A DNA stretch of 41,253 nucleotides from Pseudomonadota bacterium (GCA_043825875.1 JBDRRF010000086.1:1-41253), one strand, 5' to 3'. Shown: positions 1 to 9,303, numbered from the stretch's first letter. Notes: a model not told the origin generated them from the sequence alone. Numbers and translations are program-made.

Positions 1-265
1 TTGGAGCGAAACAACTCCGGGAGGGACAATTTAAGGGCTTCTCTCTGAATTCTTTAATCTGGATAAGGAATGATGTGGCGGTCAGCTAATAGCTGGGATG
101 CCGGATAAACGTAACGATTAGATAAAGAATTCGCCGCATGAGAGAACCGCCGGAAGCAAAATGCACATTACCAAAAGTGCAGCAATAGAACTGTTCTCTC
201 AATTTGGCTAAGAATGTAAATAACTGATTATATTAGAATTATATTTTACATATTATTGCTTGACA

Positions 266-299
266 TAAGGAGTATAGAATGTCCCCAAGCTGGTCCCTA
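266..299. repeat. Cassette-boundary repeat (TAAGGAGTATAGAATGTCCCCAAGCTGGTCCCT), copy 1
   Basis: Near-identical sequence recurs at 3167-3199 and partially at 3147-3168; each copy lies just past the stop codon of an Rhs immunity gene. Confidence 0.8.
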
Positions 300-322
300 T
301 GGACTAAACTGTTACAATAAGT

Positions 323-574
323 TTAATGCGTTCCCAATACTACCCCAAAATAATCGATAAAATAAATAGCCATATAATATAATCCTATCAAACCAAATAA
401 AGAATAAATTACTCCAATGATGATTGAATTAAATTTACCATAGGATGATCCTGTATTAGGTAATATTTTTATACTTTTCTTTATCAGTCCAAACCTAATT
501 CCGTAGTATAAGAAAAACATACAAATAGATGCTATGTATAAAATAATGATACTATCGATAATCTTATTGTTCAA
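323..574 (-). CDS. Putative membrane immunity protein for upstream Rhs toxin (2 TM helices)
   Basis: 83-aa ORF directly downstream of the Rhs CT, very AT-rich, two long hydrophobic segments; TTG start with AAAGGA upstream. Confidence 0.65.
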   Translation of the reverse strand: MNNKIIDSIIILYIASICMFFLYYGIRFGLIKKSIKILPNTGSSYGKFNSIIIGVIYSLFGLIGLYYMAIYFIDYFGVVLGTH

Positions 575-625
575 GATTTCATCCTTTATTTGGTAAATAT
601 CCCTTATACCCAGTTAATATAAAAA

Positions 626-2776
626 TTACTTTTGAAGAGACACATCTGCTCCACCGCCAACAAAACCAGAAAGCATAGCACTAAATGTGCGCTTGCCTTT
701 ATCTGTTAGATAATCAACTTTATATTTCGCTGGTAATGTTGGACCGCGTCTACTTTTTATACGTATAATTTTATTGAATTTTGCTCCAATCGCTCCCCCA
801 ATTGCACCGGCTATGCATGATTTTCCTATTGATTCTCTATTAATTGAATCTGTACATGGCTCTCGGGCCTGATTGATAAAATTACCTAGCATACCAGTAC
901 CACAACCAATTATAGCTCCTGCAATCATTCCTCCACCAGGAAATGCTGTTGAAAGTGCTCCCGTCAATCCACCCACGAATGCTGCTTGCCAGGGATCCTT
1001 ACCACTTTGAATAGCATCATATGCTCCCCATATAGCGCCTACAACACCACCAGCAATTATCCATGCTAACGCTCCCTCAGAATCGATATATTTTAAGGGA
1101 TTCCCATAACCATAATTATAATAATTAAGCAATTGTGGGTGCATCAATAAAAAAGAATATAATGCTTCTGATTGAACTAAATCATCAGCAAAGAGGCTAA
1201 TCCCACCATCCAACCCTATCGGATCTGCCTGCGTATATCTCCCCGTCCCTGGATCATAATACCGGTTCCAGTTATAGCACAAACCTGTTTCTTCGTCAAA
1301 GTATTGCCCTGGAAATCTCAAATTGTTGGTTACGGTTGAGCCGGGGTCAACAGTTGCTTTGCCAAACGCAGTGTAATTGGCGCTCCAAACAACAGCACCT
1401 GTACTATCGGTCATCTTTCGTGGTGTGCCGAGGCCGAGGGTATCGTTGTGATAATAATAATATTGGCCGTTTTCTACCATGAATACAGGAGCTGTGCCCC
1501 ATACCATATCCGGCAACCAACCGTACTCTTTCTTTATTTCTCCGGTATCATCGTACTCCCCTATCAAGCCTTCATCAGAGTAGAGGTAGTATGTTGTATC
1601 GGAGCCGATCTGCTTTTTTATTCTTCTGCCAAACGGATCATAGGTGTAGGTTGCCGTTCTGCCGTCGGGAAGTTCTACGCTTTCCATCCGGTTGCCGGTA
1701 TTGTAATTGTATGTTGTTACCTGAAAGTTTTCGGTTTTATATATAAGGTTGCCGTTTGCATCGTAATCGTAGTTTACACCATTAGCTGATATAAGCTCAT
1801 TATTGGCATTGTGGATATATGTTGTTGTATTGGTTCCCTCTGTAGCGCTTTGCCGGTTACCAATCTTGTCGTATGCGAAGGTTTCTGGCGGGAGAACGGA
1901 GCCTGTGGCTTGCGTAAGCTGATATATAGAATCGTAGTCATAGGCTATGCTGTCATTTTCCGTGGTTTTTTGGGTAATATTGCCCGCAAAGTCATATTCG
2001 TTTTCTTCGCTTAATACTGTGCCTGCCTTAATGGATGTCAGCCATGAGTTATCGTTAAACTCATAATCAGTTGTAATACCGTTTGGAAATTTCGCCTGTG
2101 TGCGCCTGTTCCACAGGTAGGTAAAATCAATTGTCTTACCTTCAAAGGCAATGGATGTAGGCTGGTTATTCTTGTTGTATTCATAGGTATAAACCTTGCC
2201 ATCAGGTGTTTTAAAAGTCTTCTTGTTACCTAGGGCATCGTAGGTATAGCTGTAAGTTTTGGCAAACGGGCCGTAATTGACCGTTTCCGAAGTCTTTCTA
2301 TTCAGTTCATCGTAGGTAAAACTTCCGTTTACACCTTCTTTTGAATACGTAAGCATATTGCCTACATAATCATAAGTAAAACCGTCTTTCTTGTTATCGG
2401 CATATGTTATCTGTGTGAGCCTGTTTGCCGCATCATAAGTGAATGTGCTTATCTGCCCTTTGGCGTCTTTTACTGTTTTTAAGAGTCCGTTGGGATAATA
2501 TGTATATTCTTCGTTTTCTCCCATCGGCCTTGTTTCTTTTATCTTTCTTCCTGCAAGGTCATAATCAAATTTTGTGATATTTCTTTTGGGATCTGTAAGC
2601 GTTTTTATGTTGCCGAGGCTGTCATAAGTAAAGTCTGTTTCCCCGTTATTGGCATCGGTTTGTTTTACAAGTCTTCCCAATGCATCATATTTATATGTGG
2701 TTGTTTTACTGTTTGCATCCGTACGGCTTGTTACTCTGCCTGCTGCATCTCTTGCAAGAAACGAGAACTTGCCCAT
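626..2776 (-). CDS. Rhs/YD-repeat protein, N-terminally truncated orphan module, with glycine-zipper C-terminal toxin
   Basis: Many YD repeats (YDALGR, YDSLGN, YDLAGR), Rhs core signature LRFPGQYFDEETGLCYNWNRYYDPGTGRYTQADPIG. YD-like frame continues upstream of the ATG to ~2881 (YDDNSNRL...TDP) and then breaks at a palindromic repeat. Confidence 0.9.
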   Translation of the reverse strand: MGKFSFLARDAAGRVTSRTDANSKTTTYKYDALGRLVKQTDANNGETDFTYDSLGNIKTLTDPKRNITKFDYDLAGRKIKETRPMGENEEYTYYPNGLLKTVKDAKGQISTFTYDAANRLTQITYADNKKDGFTYDYVGNMLTYSKEGVNGSFTYDELNRKTSETVNYGPFAKTYSYTYDALGNKKTFKTPDGKVYTYEYNKNNQPTSIAFEGKTIDFTYLWNRRTQAKFPNGITTDYEFNDNSWLTSIKAGTVLSEENEYDFAGNITQKTTENDSIAYDYDSIYQLTQATGSVLPPETFAYDKIGNRQSATEGTNTTTYIHNANNELISANGVNYDYDANGNLIYKTENFQVTTYNYNTGNRMESVELPDGRTATYTYDPFGRRIKKQIGSDTTYYLYSDEGLIGEYDDTGEIKKEYGWLPDMVWGTAPVFMVENGQYYYYHNDTLGLGTPRKMTDSTGAVVWSANYTAFGKATVDPGSTVTNNLRFPGQYFDEETGLCYNWNRYYDPGTGRYTQADPIGLDGGISLFADDLVQSEALYSFLLMHPQLLNYYNYGYGNPLKYIDSEGALAWIIAGGVVGAIWGAYDAIQSGKDPWQAAFVGGLTGALSTAFPGGGMIAGAIIGCGTGMLGNFINQAREPCTDSINRESIGKSCIAGAIGGAIGAKFNKIIRIKSRRGPTLPAKYKVDYLTDKGKRTFSAMLSGFVGGGADVSLQK

Positions 2777-2900
2777 AGGATCAATTACACTGCTTACCCT
2801 TCCGGCCTTGTCGAAAATGTTTCTGGTAAACTTGCTGAGAGGATCGGTTACAGATTTAAGGCGGTTTGAGTTGTCATCGTAAAGAGGAAAGTGTTTATCT

Positions 2901-2934
2901 CCTCCCTTTCGAAAAGGGAGGTCAGGAGGGATTT
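2901..2934. repeat. REP-like palindrome CCTCCCTTT-CGA-AAAGGGAGG-TCAGGAGGGATTT
   Basis: Perfect 9-bp stem at 2901-2921 plus GGAGGGATTT tail; lies about 20 bp from the truncation point of the Rhs frame. Confidence 0.65.
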
Positions 2935-3146
2935 ATAAAAAGAATATTTCTATGAAGGTTTGTTCTTAAGTTCATTATTATTAAAATGACTGACAGTCGG
3001 ACAGAACAACTGCATCAGAGGAGTAAAACCAATATAAAAAAACGGTAAAAAGAAATAATTCTTCAACCGCAGGTTTATGCCGAATAGGAAATAGTTAAGA
3101 TCCTGGTAGCTTTTATTTGCTTTTATATAATTAAGTTTATAAGTTT

Positions 3147-3199
3147 AATGCCCCCAAGCCGGTCCCTAAGGAGTATAGAATATCCCCAAGTAGGTCCCC
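3147..3199. repeat. Cassette-boundary repeat, tandem copies 2 and 3
   Basis: AATGCCCCCAAGCCGGTCCC followed by TAAGGAGTATAGAATATCCCCAAGTAGGTCCCC; matches 266-299. Confidence 0.8.
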
Positions 3200-3205
3200 C
3201 GTTAC

Positions 3206-3775
3206 CTACCGCGTACCCACAATACTAGTTAATGAAAGTGGGCATTGATTCCCATATTTTAGAATTTCAATTATTCCTTCGTTTTGAACTGAAATACTGT
3301 CTTCATCAACTAAATAGATAAAATGCGTGGGATCAACATCAGCAAAATCAGGAAGCTCATTTGGGTTCTTATTGATAGTTTTTAGAATTTCATCTTCCCT
3401 GGATAAATCAAACATATAAATTCCAGCCATACTTTGTTCTGCAATTAAAGGGAATAATGATATTATTTCATCTCCGTTACGAACTCTAATAATGCCACCA
3501 TAACTTGGTAAAAATTTCAATAAATACATAACAAGCATTCTTTTTAAAAAACTATTTGGCCTACTAATCCCATACCAAAGCAAATCAACCTTTTGCTCAT
3601 TTAATATTGATTTATAAAAAGCGAGCGGCTTACCACCTAATCCATGAATATAGCAGACAATAATTGCAGAATTATCTTGATATATCTTTGCTAATTCCAG
3701 TACCGATTTATTAATTTCCTCTTCAGTTCTTTCTCGTTCAAGTCTAAATGGTTTATCTTGATTTAGTGATGTCAT
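3206..3775 (-). CDS. Putative soluble immunity protein for Rhs CT at 3796-4281
   Basis: 189-aa AT-rich ORF 20 bp downstream of the Rhs stop, GAGG RBS, no signal peptide. Confidence 0.65.
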   Translation of the reverse strand: MTSLNQDKPFRLERERTEEEINKSVLELAKIYQDNSAIIVCYIHGLGGKPLAFYKSILNEQKVDLLWYGISRPNSFLKRMLVMYLLKFLPSYGGIIRVRNGDEIISLFPLIAEQSMAGIYMFDLSREDEILKTINKNPNELPDFADVDPTHFIYLVDEDSISVQNEGIIEILKYGNQCPLSLTSIVGTR

Positions 3776-3795
3776 AGATCCCTCGCTTTATCACT

Positions 3796-4769
3796 TTACC
3801 ATAGGTGAAAATGGCCTGGATCAACTGAACGCCAACCACCAAATGGAAGCCTTTTGCTACGCAACCATTGATTCAGTTTACGCAAAGCTTTGTTTTTTAT
3901 CTGCTTAACATACTTCAATTTCTTTGCTGGTGATGCTCCCCATCGAATTGACATATCGATATTTCGCCCAAGAGCTTTACTATAAGATGGCCCGGGTCTA
4001 ATCCAGTTTTTTAGTGGCCCAGCAGCTTTACTAACTGCCTGTATGCCACGCGCAGTTACCGCTGTACCAAAAACAGTCCACCAAATATCACCAGCTATTC
4101 CACCAACCATATAGCCAGTAGAGCACTTATCAACTACTCTAAATTCTTCTCCCCATACCTTTTCAAGCAACAGATCATTAAATTTTGAAACACACCCAAA
4201 TGAAATTTTATCAGCAAATCCTACTATGGGATCTACAGCATAATCAAGATAATCAAAACCTTTCCAATCAAGCCAACTTAATCCATAAGGATCGTATAAA
4301 TTTAAGGGGTTGTTTAGGACATATGTATATAGATCTGAATCACCACCAGCAAACCCAAGAGGATCGGCCTGTATGTATCTACCGGTATCCGGATCGTAAT
4401 ACCGTTTAAGGTTATAGCACAACCCCGTCTCTTCGTCAAAATATTGGCCCGGAAATCTCAGATTGTTTGTTACGGTTGAGGATGCATCTACACTTGCTTT
4501 ACCGTAGGCTGTGTAATCGGCGCTCCAGACAACGGCTCCGGTGCTGTCCGTCATCTTGCGTGGAGTTCCAAGCGTGTCGTTATGATAATAGTAATATTGG
4601 CCGTTTTCTACCATGAATACAGGAGCTGTGCCCCATACCATATCCGGCAACCAGCCGTATTCTTTCTTTATAATTCCGCTTTCATCGTACTCCCCTATCA
4701 GGCCTTCATCGGAGTAGAGGTAGTAGGTGATATCGGAGCCAATCTGTTTTTTTATTCTTCTACCAAACG
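3796..4769 (-). pseudogene. Orphan Rhs core tip + C-terminal toxin (ends ...DPGHFHLW)
   Basis: 4361-4769 is a close DNA homologue of 1221-1635 (FGRRIKKQIGSD...LRFPGQYFDEETG...DPLG). Homology stops abruptly at 4769, so the N-terminal ~92 aa of the 416-aa ORF call are not Rhs sequence. Confidence 0.85.
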
Positions 4770-4778
4770 AAAAAAGAA

Positions 4779-4806
4779 AAGGGGTCAGATCTGCTTTTGA
4801 CTCTTG
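4779..4806. repeat. GGGGTCAG-containing imperfect hairpin at Rhs truncation point
   Basis: AAGGGGTCA-GATCTGCTTT-TGACTCTT, about 10 bp from the end of Rhs homology. Confidence 0.5.
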
Positions 4807-4982
4807 TCTTGGGGAATTATAAAACAACAGTGTTTTGGCTATTATCTTGTGTTCCCATTCATAAGTGGCATCTTGCTCCCTATATCTGTGTTCTCGCGTT
4901 TTAAAATATTCGACGTAAACCCATAACGCCTGCGTTTGCAAAAATGTTGCGGCCATTATATGAACTACAAACCTAACTTCTC

Positions 4983-5030
4983 TTGACAGACTCACAAATA
5001 TAAGCTTATATTGACCATAATTATGGTTAA
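4983..5030 (+). promoter_or_regulatory. TA promoter (TTGACA-N18-TATATT) with overlapping operator palindrome TTGACCATAA/TTATGGTTAA
   Basis: -35 at 4983-4988, -10 at 5007-5012, 20-bp palindrome with one mismatch at 5011-5030, typical of antitoxin autorepression. Confidence 0.65.
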
Positions 5031-5049
5031 TCTTAATTGGAGTCATATT

Positions 5050-5304
5050 ATGAAGATAATGTCATTATCTGAAGCAAAAATGAAGTTTAGCGCCCTTGTC
5101 GATATTGTTAATACAAATGACGAGGAGATCATCGTGACAAAAAATGGTCGCCCTGCGGCGGTTATTATCAGTTCCGATGAGTATGAAAGTATCAAAGAAA
5201 CATCCCGGATTATTTCGGATGTGGATTTGATGTCAGAGATCAGGCAAGGGTTGAAAGATTTGAAGGACAAACGGGCGAAGATTTACACTCTTGAGGAATT
5301 ATGA
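5050..5304 (+). CDS. Type II antitoxin, Phd/YefM family
   Basis: SLSEAKMKFSALVD...EEIIVTKNGRPAAVIIS signature; ATG at 5050 after GGAG RBS; ATGA overlap with toxin. Confidence 0.9.
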   Translation: MKIMSLSEAKMKFSALVDIVNTNDEEIIVTKNGRPAAVIISSDEYESIKETSRIISDVDLMSEIRQGLKDLKDKRAKIYTLEEL

Positions 5305-5588
5305 AGCCCAAACTTTATTCGCTGAGAATTCCGGATGAAATAGCAACTTTGATTCGTGGAATGCACCCGGAACTAAAGAGCAAAATCAAGTCGGGACTTA
5401 AAGCAATCCTGGAAGAGCCCCATTCCGGCAAGCTGCTGCGTATTGAATTAGCCGGATTGCGAAGTTTTCGCGTCAGCAGATTTAGGATTATTTACCGCGT
5501 TGTGAAAAAAGAAGTGGAAATAGTCACCGTTGGTCCTCGTATACAGATTTACGAGGAAACGTACAAGCTGCTTCAAAAGAAAATATAG
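5301..5588 (+). CDS. Type II toxin, RelE/ParE family
   Basis: 95 aa, basic, P..GKLL..ELAGLRSFRVSRFRIIY..VGPR..IY pattern; translationally coupled to antitoxin. Confidence 0.88.
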   Translation: MKPKLYSLRIPDEIATLIRGMHPELKSKIKSGLKAILEEPHSGKLLRIELAGLRSFRVSRFRIIYRVVKKEVEIVTVGPRIQIYEETYKLLQKKI

Positions 5589-5606
5589 AAATGCGTTTGT
5601 TATAAC

Positions 5607-5702
5607 TTAACATTCTTTCAAATTGACTTTTCTTATTTTTTCAGCAAATAAACTGGCAGTTTTTGCGCATATGCTGTGCTCATAAACACAGCCTTCTGTG
5701 TT
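5607..5702 (-). pseudogene. Duplicated 3' end (last 31 codons + stop) of the radical SAM gene
   Basis: Translates NTEGCVYEHSICAKTASLFAEKIRKVNLKEC* vs NKEGSIYEHSICAKTAGLFAEQIIKVDLKGC* at 6385-6480; 15 mismatches in 96 bp by manual count. Confidence 0.9.
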
Positions 5703-5793
5703 AGAGGCTTTGTCATTCCCACAATAGTTTGGGTGGCCGTCAAATTAGTTTAAACGTTATACGTATACAAATTACATCGAGACTGAGGGTAAA

Positions 5794-6006
5794 GTGAGAG
5801 AAATTATAATTTCAGAAGAGCCAATTGAGCTCTATAAAATCTTGAAGTTTGAAAATATGGTCGACAGTGGCGGTCAAGCGAAATATGTGATTTCTGAAGG
5901 TCAAGTTATAGTAAATGGGAAAATCGAAACCAGAAAAAGAAAAAAGATTTTTTCAGGTGATGTTGTAGAATTTGGAGAAAATAAAATCCGTGTACAAGTC
6001 AAATGA
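5794..6006 (+). CDS. Small S4-domain RNA-binding protein (YbcJ/YaaA family)
   Basis: IELYKILK...SGGQAK..ISEGQV.VNG.IETRKRKKI..GDVV signature; GTG start after GAGG. Confidence 0.85.
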   Translation: MREIIISEEPIELYKILKFENMVDSGGQAKYVISEGQVIVNGKIETRKRKKIFSGDVVEFGENKIRVQVK

Positions 6007-6060
6007 GAATGTGAGTTAGGTGGTTATAAGGAGACCTATATCAAAAATGAAAAGTAATTT

Positions 6061-6360
6061 ATGACAATCGAATTTACAACACTGCCTGATTCCGAGGTGT
6101 CCTGTGTGAACTGCGAGGCCTGCTGTTGCCGTTTAGAAGTAATGCTCATTACCGATACCGGAGTGCCCGATAATTTTATTGAGATAGATAAGTGGGGAGG
6201 TATGACCATGATGCGGATGGAAGATGGATGGTGTTCTGCCTTGGACCGAAACACCATGCTTTGTAATATTTACGAGAATCGGCCATGGGTTTGCCGTGAA
6301 TTTGAGATGGGAGAATACGAATGTATTTACGAGCGAGCCGCCAATCTGAAGATTGAATAA
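6061..6360 (+). CDS. YkgJ-family cysteine-cluster (CxxCxxCC) protein
   Basis: CVNCEACCC ... GWCSALD...CNIYENRPWVCREF motif. Confidence 0.85.
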   Translation: MTIEFTTLPDSEVSCVNCEACCCRLEVMLITDTGVPDNFIEIDKWGGMTMMRMEDGWCSALDRNTMLCNIYENRPWVCREFEMGEYECIYERAANLKIE

Positions 6361-6384
6361 GAGAAAAAAAGGGGCTATTATATC

Positions 6385-8004
6385 TCAGCATCCTTTCAAA
6401 TCGACTTTTATTATCTGTTCAGCAAACAAACCGGCAGTCTTGGCGCATATGCTGTGCTCGTAAATAGAGCCTTCTTTGTTAACTCCTCTTATCTTTGCAT
6501 CAAAAAGAAACCACTTTAAAAGTTTTATTCCTGTTTCAGTACGGTCACTGTCTTTAATTTGTTCTTTTATGAATGGTAACGGTTCAGGTATTTCATATCC
6601 GCTGTCGATTAACGATTTCATAAAATTTAAAATTCTTCCAAGCCTTAGAATAGTAACGGCCTGTTTTCTATCTGTTGTATGAGAAACGGAAAGAGCACTT
6701 GAACGCATTAGAGAATATTTCTCAGGAAGTATTTCAAGTTTTTTGCACATTTCAAAATCGCTGCTTCCAGGCGATGGATAAAAAATTGAAACGCCGGCAA
6801 GCACTCTTCTTTCGGCAAGATATAAAAGATCGGAAACGGAATCTTCCGACATCATATATGGTGCTCCGGCAATTATATAGCCGACTGCTTTAAGATCATA
6901 TTTTTCAGCAAGCAAAAGAACTTTGTCAAAAGCTTCTCTTACATCCGGCCTTTTAAATCTTTTGAGTTGCTCTGATGAGGATGAGCCAAGGGAAAGATTA
7001 AGAGTTTTAAAACCCGACTCTTTCATAAGACATATCATTTCTTCATCAAGAGATGTGGGTAACAGCCCGTTCATTGCTCTTAGCTCAAGACCTGATTTGC
7101 TATATCGAACCTTTATTTCACAAAGAAGTTCTGTGAACCATTTTTTATCAAGGCTGAGATTTTCATCTTCGAAATCTATAAAGGCTGCTTCATTTTCATT
7201 AATATTATTATCAAGCTCTCTTAAAACTGATTCAACACTTCTTTTTCTGTATTTCAGATATGACAAAGCGCTTACGGAACAATAAGAGCATTTCATAGGA
7301 CAACCCCTGCTTGCAGAAATAACAATGCTTGCACTTTTTCCCCTTTTGTAAAAACTATTTTTTAAAAGAGAGATTGCAGGCAAAGGTTGATTGTCAAGAT
7401 TGTCAATTAAAGCAGGTTTATTTATATGTAAGCTTCCGTCTGTTTTGCGATAAACAATGCCGGGAATCAAATCAAGGCTTTTGTTATCTTTAATAGCCGC
7501 AGCAAGAAGAAGCATTGATTCTTCTCCTTCACCACGAATAACAAAATCAACCGAACTGTTTTCCATTACACTACTATAAAGAGCTGTGGGATGATGACCT
7601 CCAAGTACTATTTTACAATCAGGATTATAAGCTTTAACAGCTTCTGCTGTCATCAGTGCATATTCAGAATAGGGCGTAAACAAAGATGAAATTCCAATAA
7701 GAATGGCTCCGGTTTTAGCCGCTTCTTTTGCTATATGTTCAAAACTATATCCAAAATGCTTAAAGCTGTTAAAAAGTGCAAAAGGAGATATATCTTCTTT
7801 GCCGTAATATTCGTCAAGGTAACTCATCTCATCCGGTACTTGAATTTTGTGAGATTTGGAAGTGGCAAGGCCGTCAAACATTTCAACTGAGAAACCAGAT
7901 TTTTCAAGTGCTGATGCTATACATGCCAGCCCATAAGGAATAGTCCTTTTTGCTGTAAGATAAAAATCCCTGATGGGTGGTTGAATAAGCAAAATATCAG
8001 TCAT
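6385..8004 (-). CDS. B12-binding radical SAM protein
   Basis: N-terminal cobalamin-binding region (PYGLACIAS...GISSLFT...VLGGHHPT...GEGE) and SRGCPMKCSYC (CxxxCxxC) motif. Confidence 0.88.
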   Translation of the reverse strand: MTDILLIQPPIRDFYLTAKRTIPYGLACIASALEKSGFSVEMFDGLATSKSHKIQVPDEMSYLDEYYGKEDISPFALFNSFKHFGYSFEHIAKEAAKTGAILIGISSLFTPYSEYALMTAEAVKAYNPDCKIVLGGHHPTALYSSVMENSSVDFVIRGEGEESMLLLAAAIKDNKSLDLIPGIVYRKTDGSLHINKPALIDNLDNQPLPAISLLKNSFYKRGKSASIVISASRGCPMKCSYCSVSALSYLKYRKRSVESVLRELDNNINENEAAFIDFEDENLSLDKKWFTELLCEIKVRYSKSGLELRAMNGLLPTSLDEEMICLMKESGFKTLNLSLGSSSSEQLKRFKRPDVREAFDKVLLLAEKYDLKAVGYIIAGAPYMMSEDSVSDLLYLAERRVLAGVSIFYPSPGSSDFEMCKKLEILPEKYSLMRSSALSVSHTTDRKQAVTILRLGRILNFMKSLIDSGYEIPEPLPFIKEQIKDSDRTETGIKLLKWFLFDAKIRGVNKEGSIYEHSICAKTAGLFAEQIIKVDLKGC

Positions 8005-8013
8005 TTTTTTTCT

Positions 8014-9303
8014 TTACCGGGTTGAGAGAAAGGTGGCTATGACAGGATTGTTCTGTGGAGACCACAAAAATTTCCACAAAGGGACAACATGAACGGCAAC
8101 GTTATTCACAGAAGTTGTAAGTTCTACGCTCTTTGTAATCAACAAAACATTTTTAACGTTTGGAAATCGATTAATAAAAAGCCTGATGCCGTCAAATCGC
8201 TTATCCTTCCAGTCAAAAGTACTTATATATTTGACCTCAACCGGCACCGGATCAGTTGCCGAACCAATTATAAAATCAACCTCTTTGCTGCTTTCTGCAT
8301 AATAGCCGCAGGAAATGTTATTTCTTTGCAATTCGAGAAAAACTGCATTTTCAGCACGGGTTCCTTCATCGCCGTAGCCTGTCAGCAGAGTTTTAATGCC
8401 ATTATCCCAAAGATAAATCTTTTTCTGCGAATAAACTTTTTCGGAATAGGATGTTGTCCATTTTTCTACTGACTTCACGAGAAAGGCCATTTCAAGATAA
8501 CCGATATATTCCTTGACCGTATCAACAGACAAACCAAGGACTTTTGATAATTTATTAAAGCTGGTTCGTGATCCTGTGGAAGCGCCGATCAATCTCAACA
8601 AGTCTTTAAGAATATAAGGCTTCCTGATAGGATGAAGCTTGGCCAGATCACGGGCAAGAATATCCTCCAGCAGATTTGCCATATACTCCTGAGAGGGATT
8701 TAATACCTGCTCCGGGTAACCTCCGATGCTCAGGTAATCATTTGCCATCTGTTCATATTTATAATCCTCCGAAAGAGAAGGAGGTTCTCCCTTAAAGTGA
8801 ATATACTCCTTAAAGCTTAATGGAAAAACCGTGCTGACAATTTGCCTGCCTGTAAGTTTTCCTGCCTGTCTCTCAATCAACGATGATGTGGAGCCGGTGC
8901 AGAATATCTTGAGTGACTCCAGATCGTAGAGGCTTTTAAGTTCCGCCTCCCACTGAGGACTTTCTTGAACTTCATCGAGAAACAGATACAATTTCCTGTC
9001 GCGATCATGCATAAACAGCTTCCGCATATTCCTGATGTGCTCTGAAATTGGGACACCGGATAAAACAGGGTGATCTAAGGCAAGGTAGAAGATGTCTTTT
9101 TCTGAAACGACTTTTCCTAAAAGAATTTTGATAAACTGCTTTAAAAGCGTGGTTTTACCAGTACGTCTGCTTCCGATAAAAACTTCGATCTGTTTTCTGG
9201 CAAGGAAAGTTTCGATTCTTTCGAGGTAGGCATCACGGTTTATGCCCGTCTCAATTCTCTTTCCTTCCCACCAGGGATTTAAAGTGTAATAAATAGTATC
9301 CAT
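8014..9303 (-). CDS. AAA+ ATPase, AAA_14/DUF4143 type with C-terminal PD-(D/E)xK-like region
   Basis: NPWW N-terminus, Walker A GSRRTGKT, Walker B LFLDEVQ, TGS, LTGR, GGYP, C-terminal EVDF...VEVK. Confidence 0.85.
   Translation of the reverse strand: MDTIYYTLNPWWEGKRIETGINRDAYLERIETFLARKQIEVFIGSRRTGKTTLLKQFIKILLGKVVSEKDIFYLALDHPVLSGVPISEHIRNMRKLFMHDRDRKLYLFLDEVQESPQWEAELKSLYDLESLKIFCTGSTSSLIERQAGKLTGRQIVSTVFPLSFKEYIHFKGEPPSLSEDYKYEQMANDYLSIGGYPEQVLNPSQEYMANLLEDILARDLAKLHPIRKPYILKDLLRLIGASTGSRTSFNKLSKVLGLSVDTVKEYIGYLEMAFLVKSVEKWTTSYSEKVYSQKKIYLWDNGIKTLLTGYGDEGTRAENAVFLELQRNNISCGYYAESSKEVDFIIGSATDPVPVEVKYISTFDWKDKRFDGIRLFINRFPNVKNVLLITKSVELTTSVNNVAVHVVPLWKFLWSPQNNPVIATFLSTR

Noticed and set aside
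1..260. Possible decayed transposase start at the window edge
   Set aside because: No open frame or motif that I can support from this fragment.
4770..5046. N-terminal part of the 416-aa 'Rhs' ORF
   Set aside because: Rhs homology ends at 4769; the upstream frame runs through a hairpin repeat and the TA promoter, so it is fortuitous read-through.
4920..6384. Integron cassette array (TA, S4, YkgJ; GTTAGAG and GTTAGGT heptamers)
   Set aside because: No paired RYYYAAC...GTTRRRY attC palindromes after the genes and no integrase in the window.
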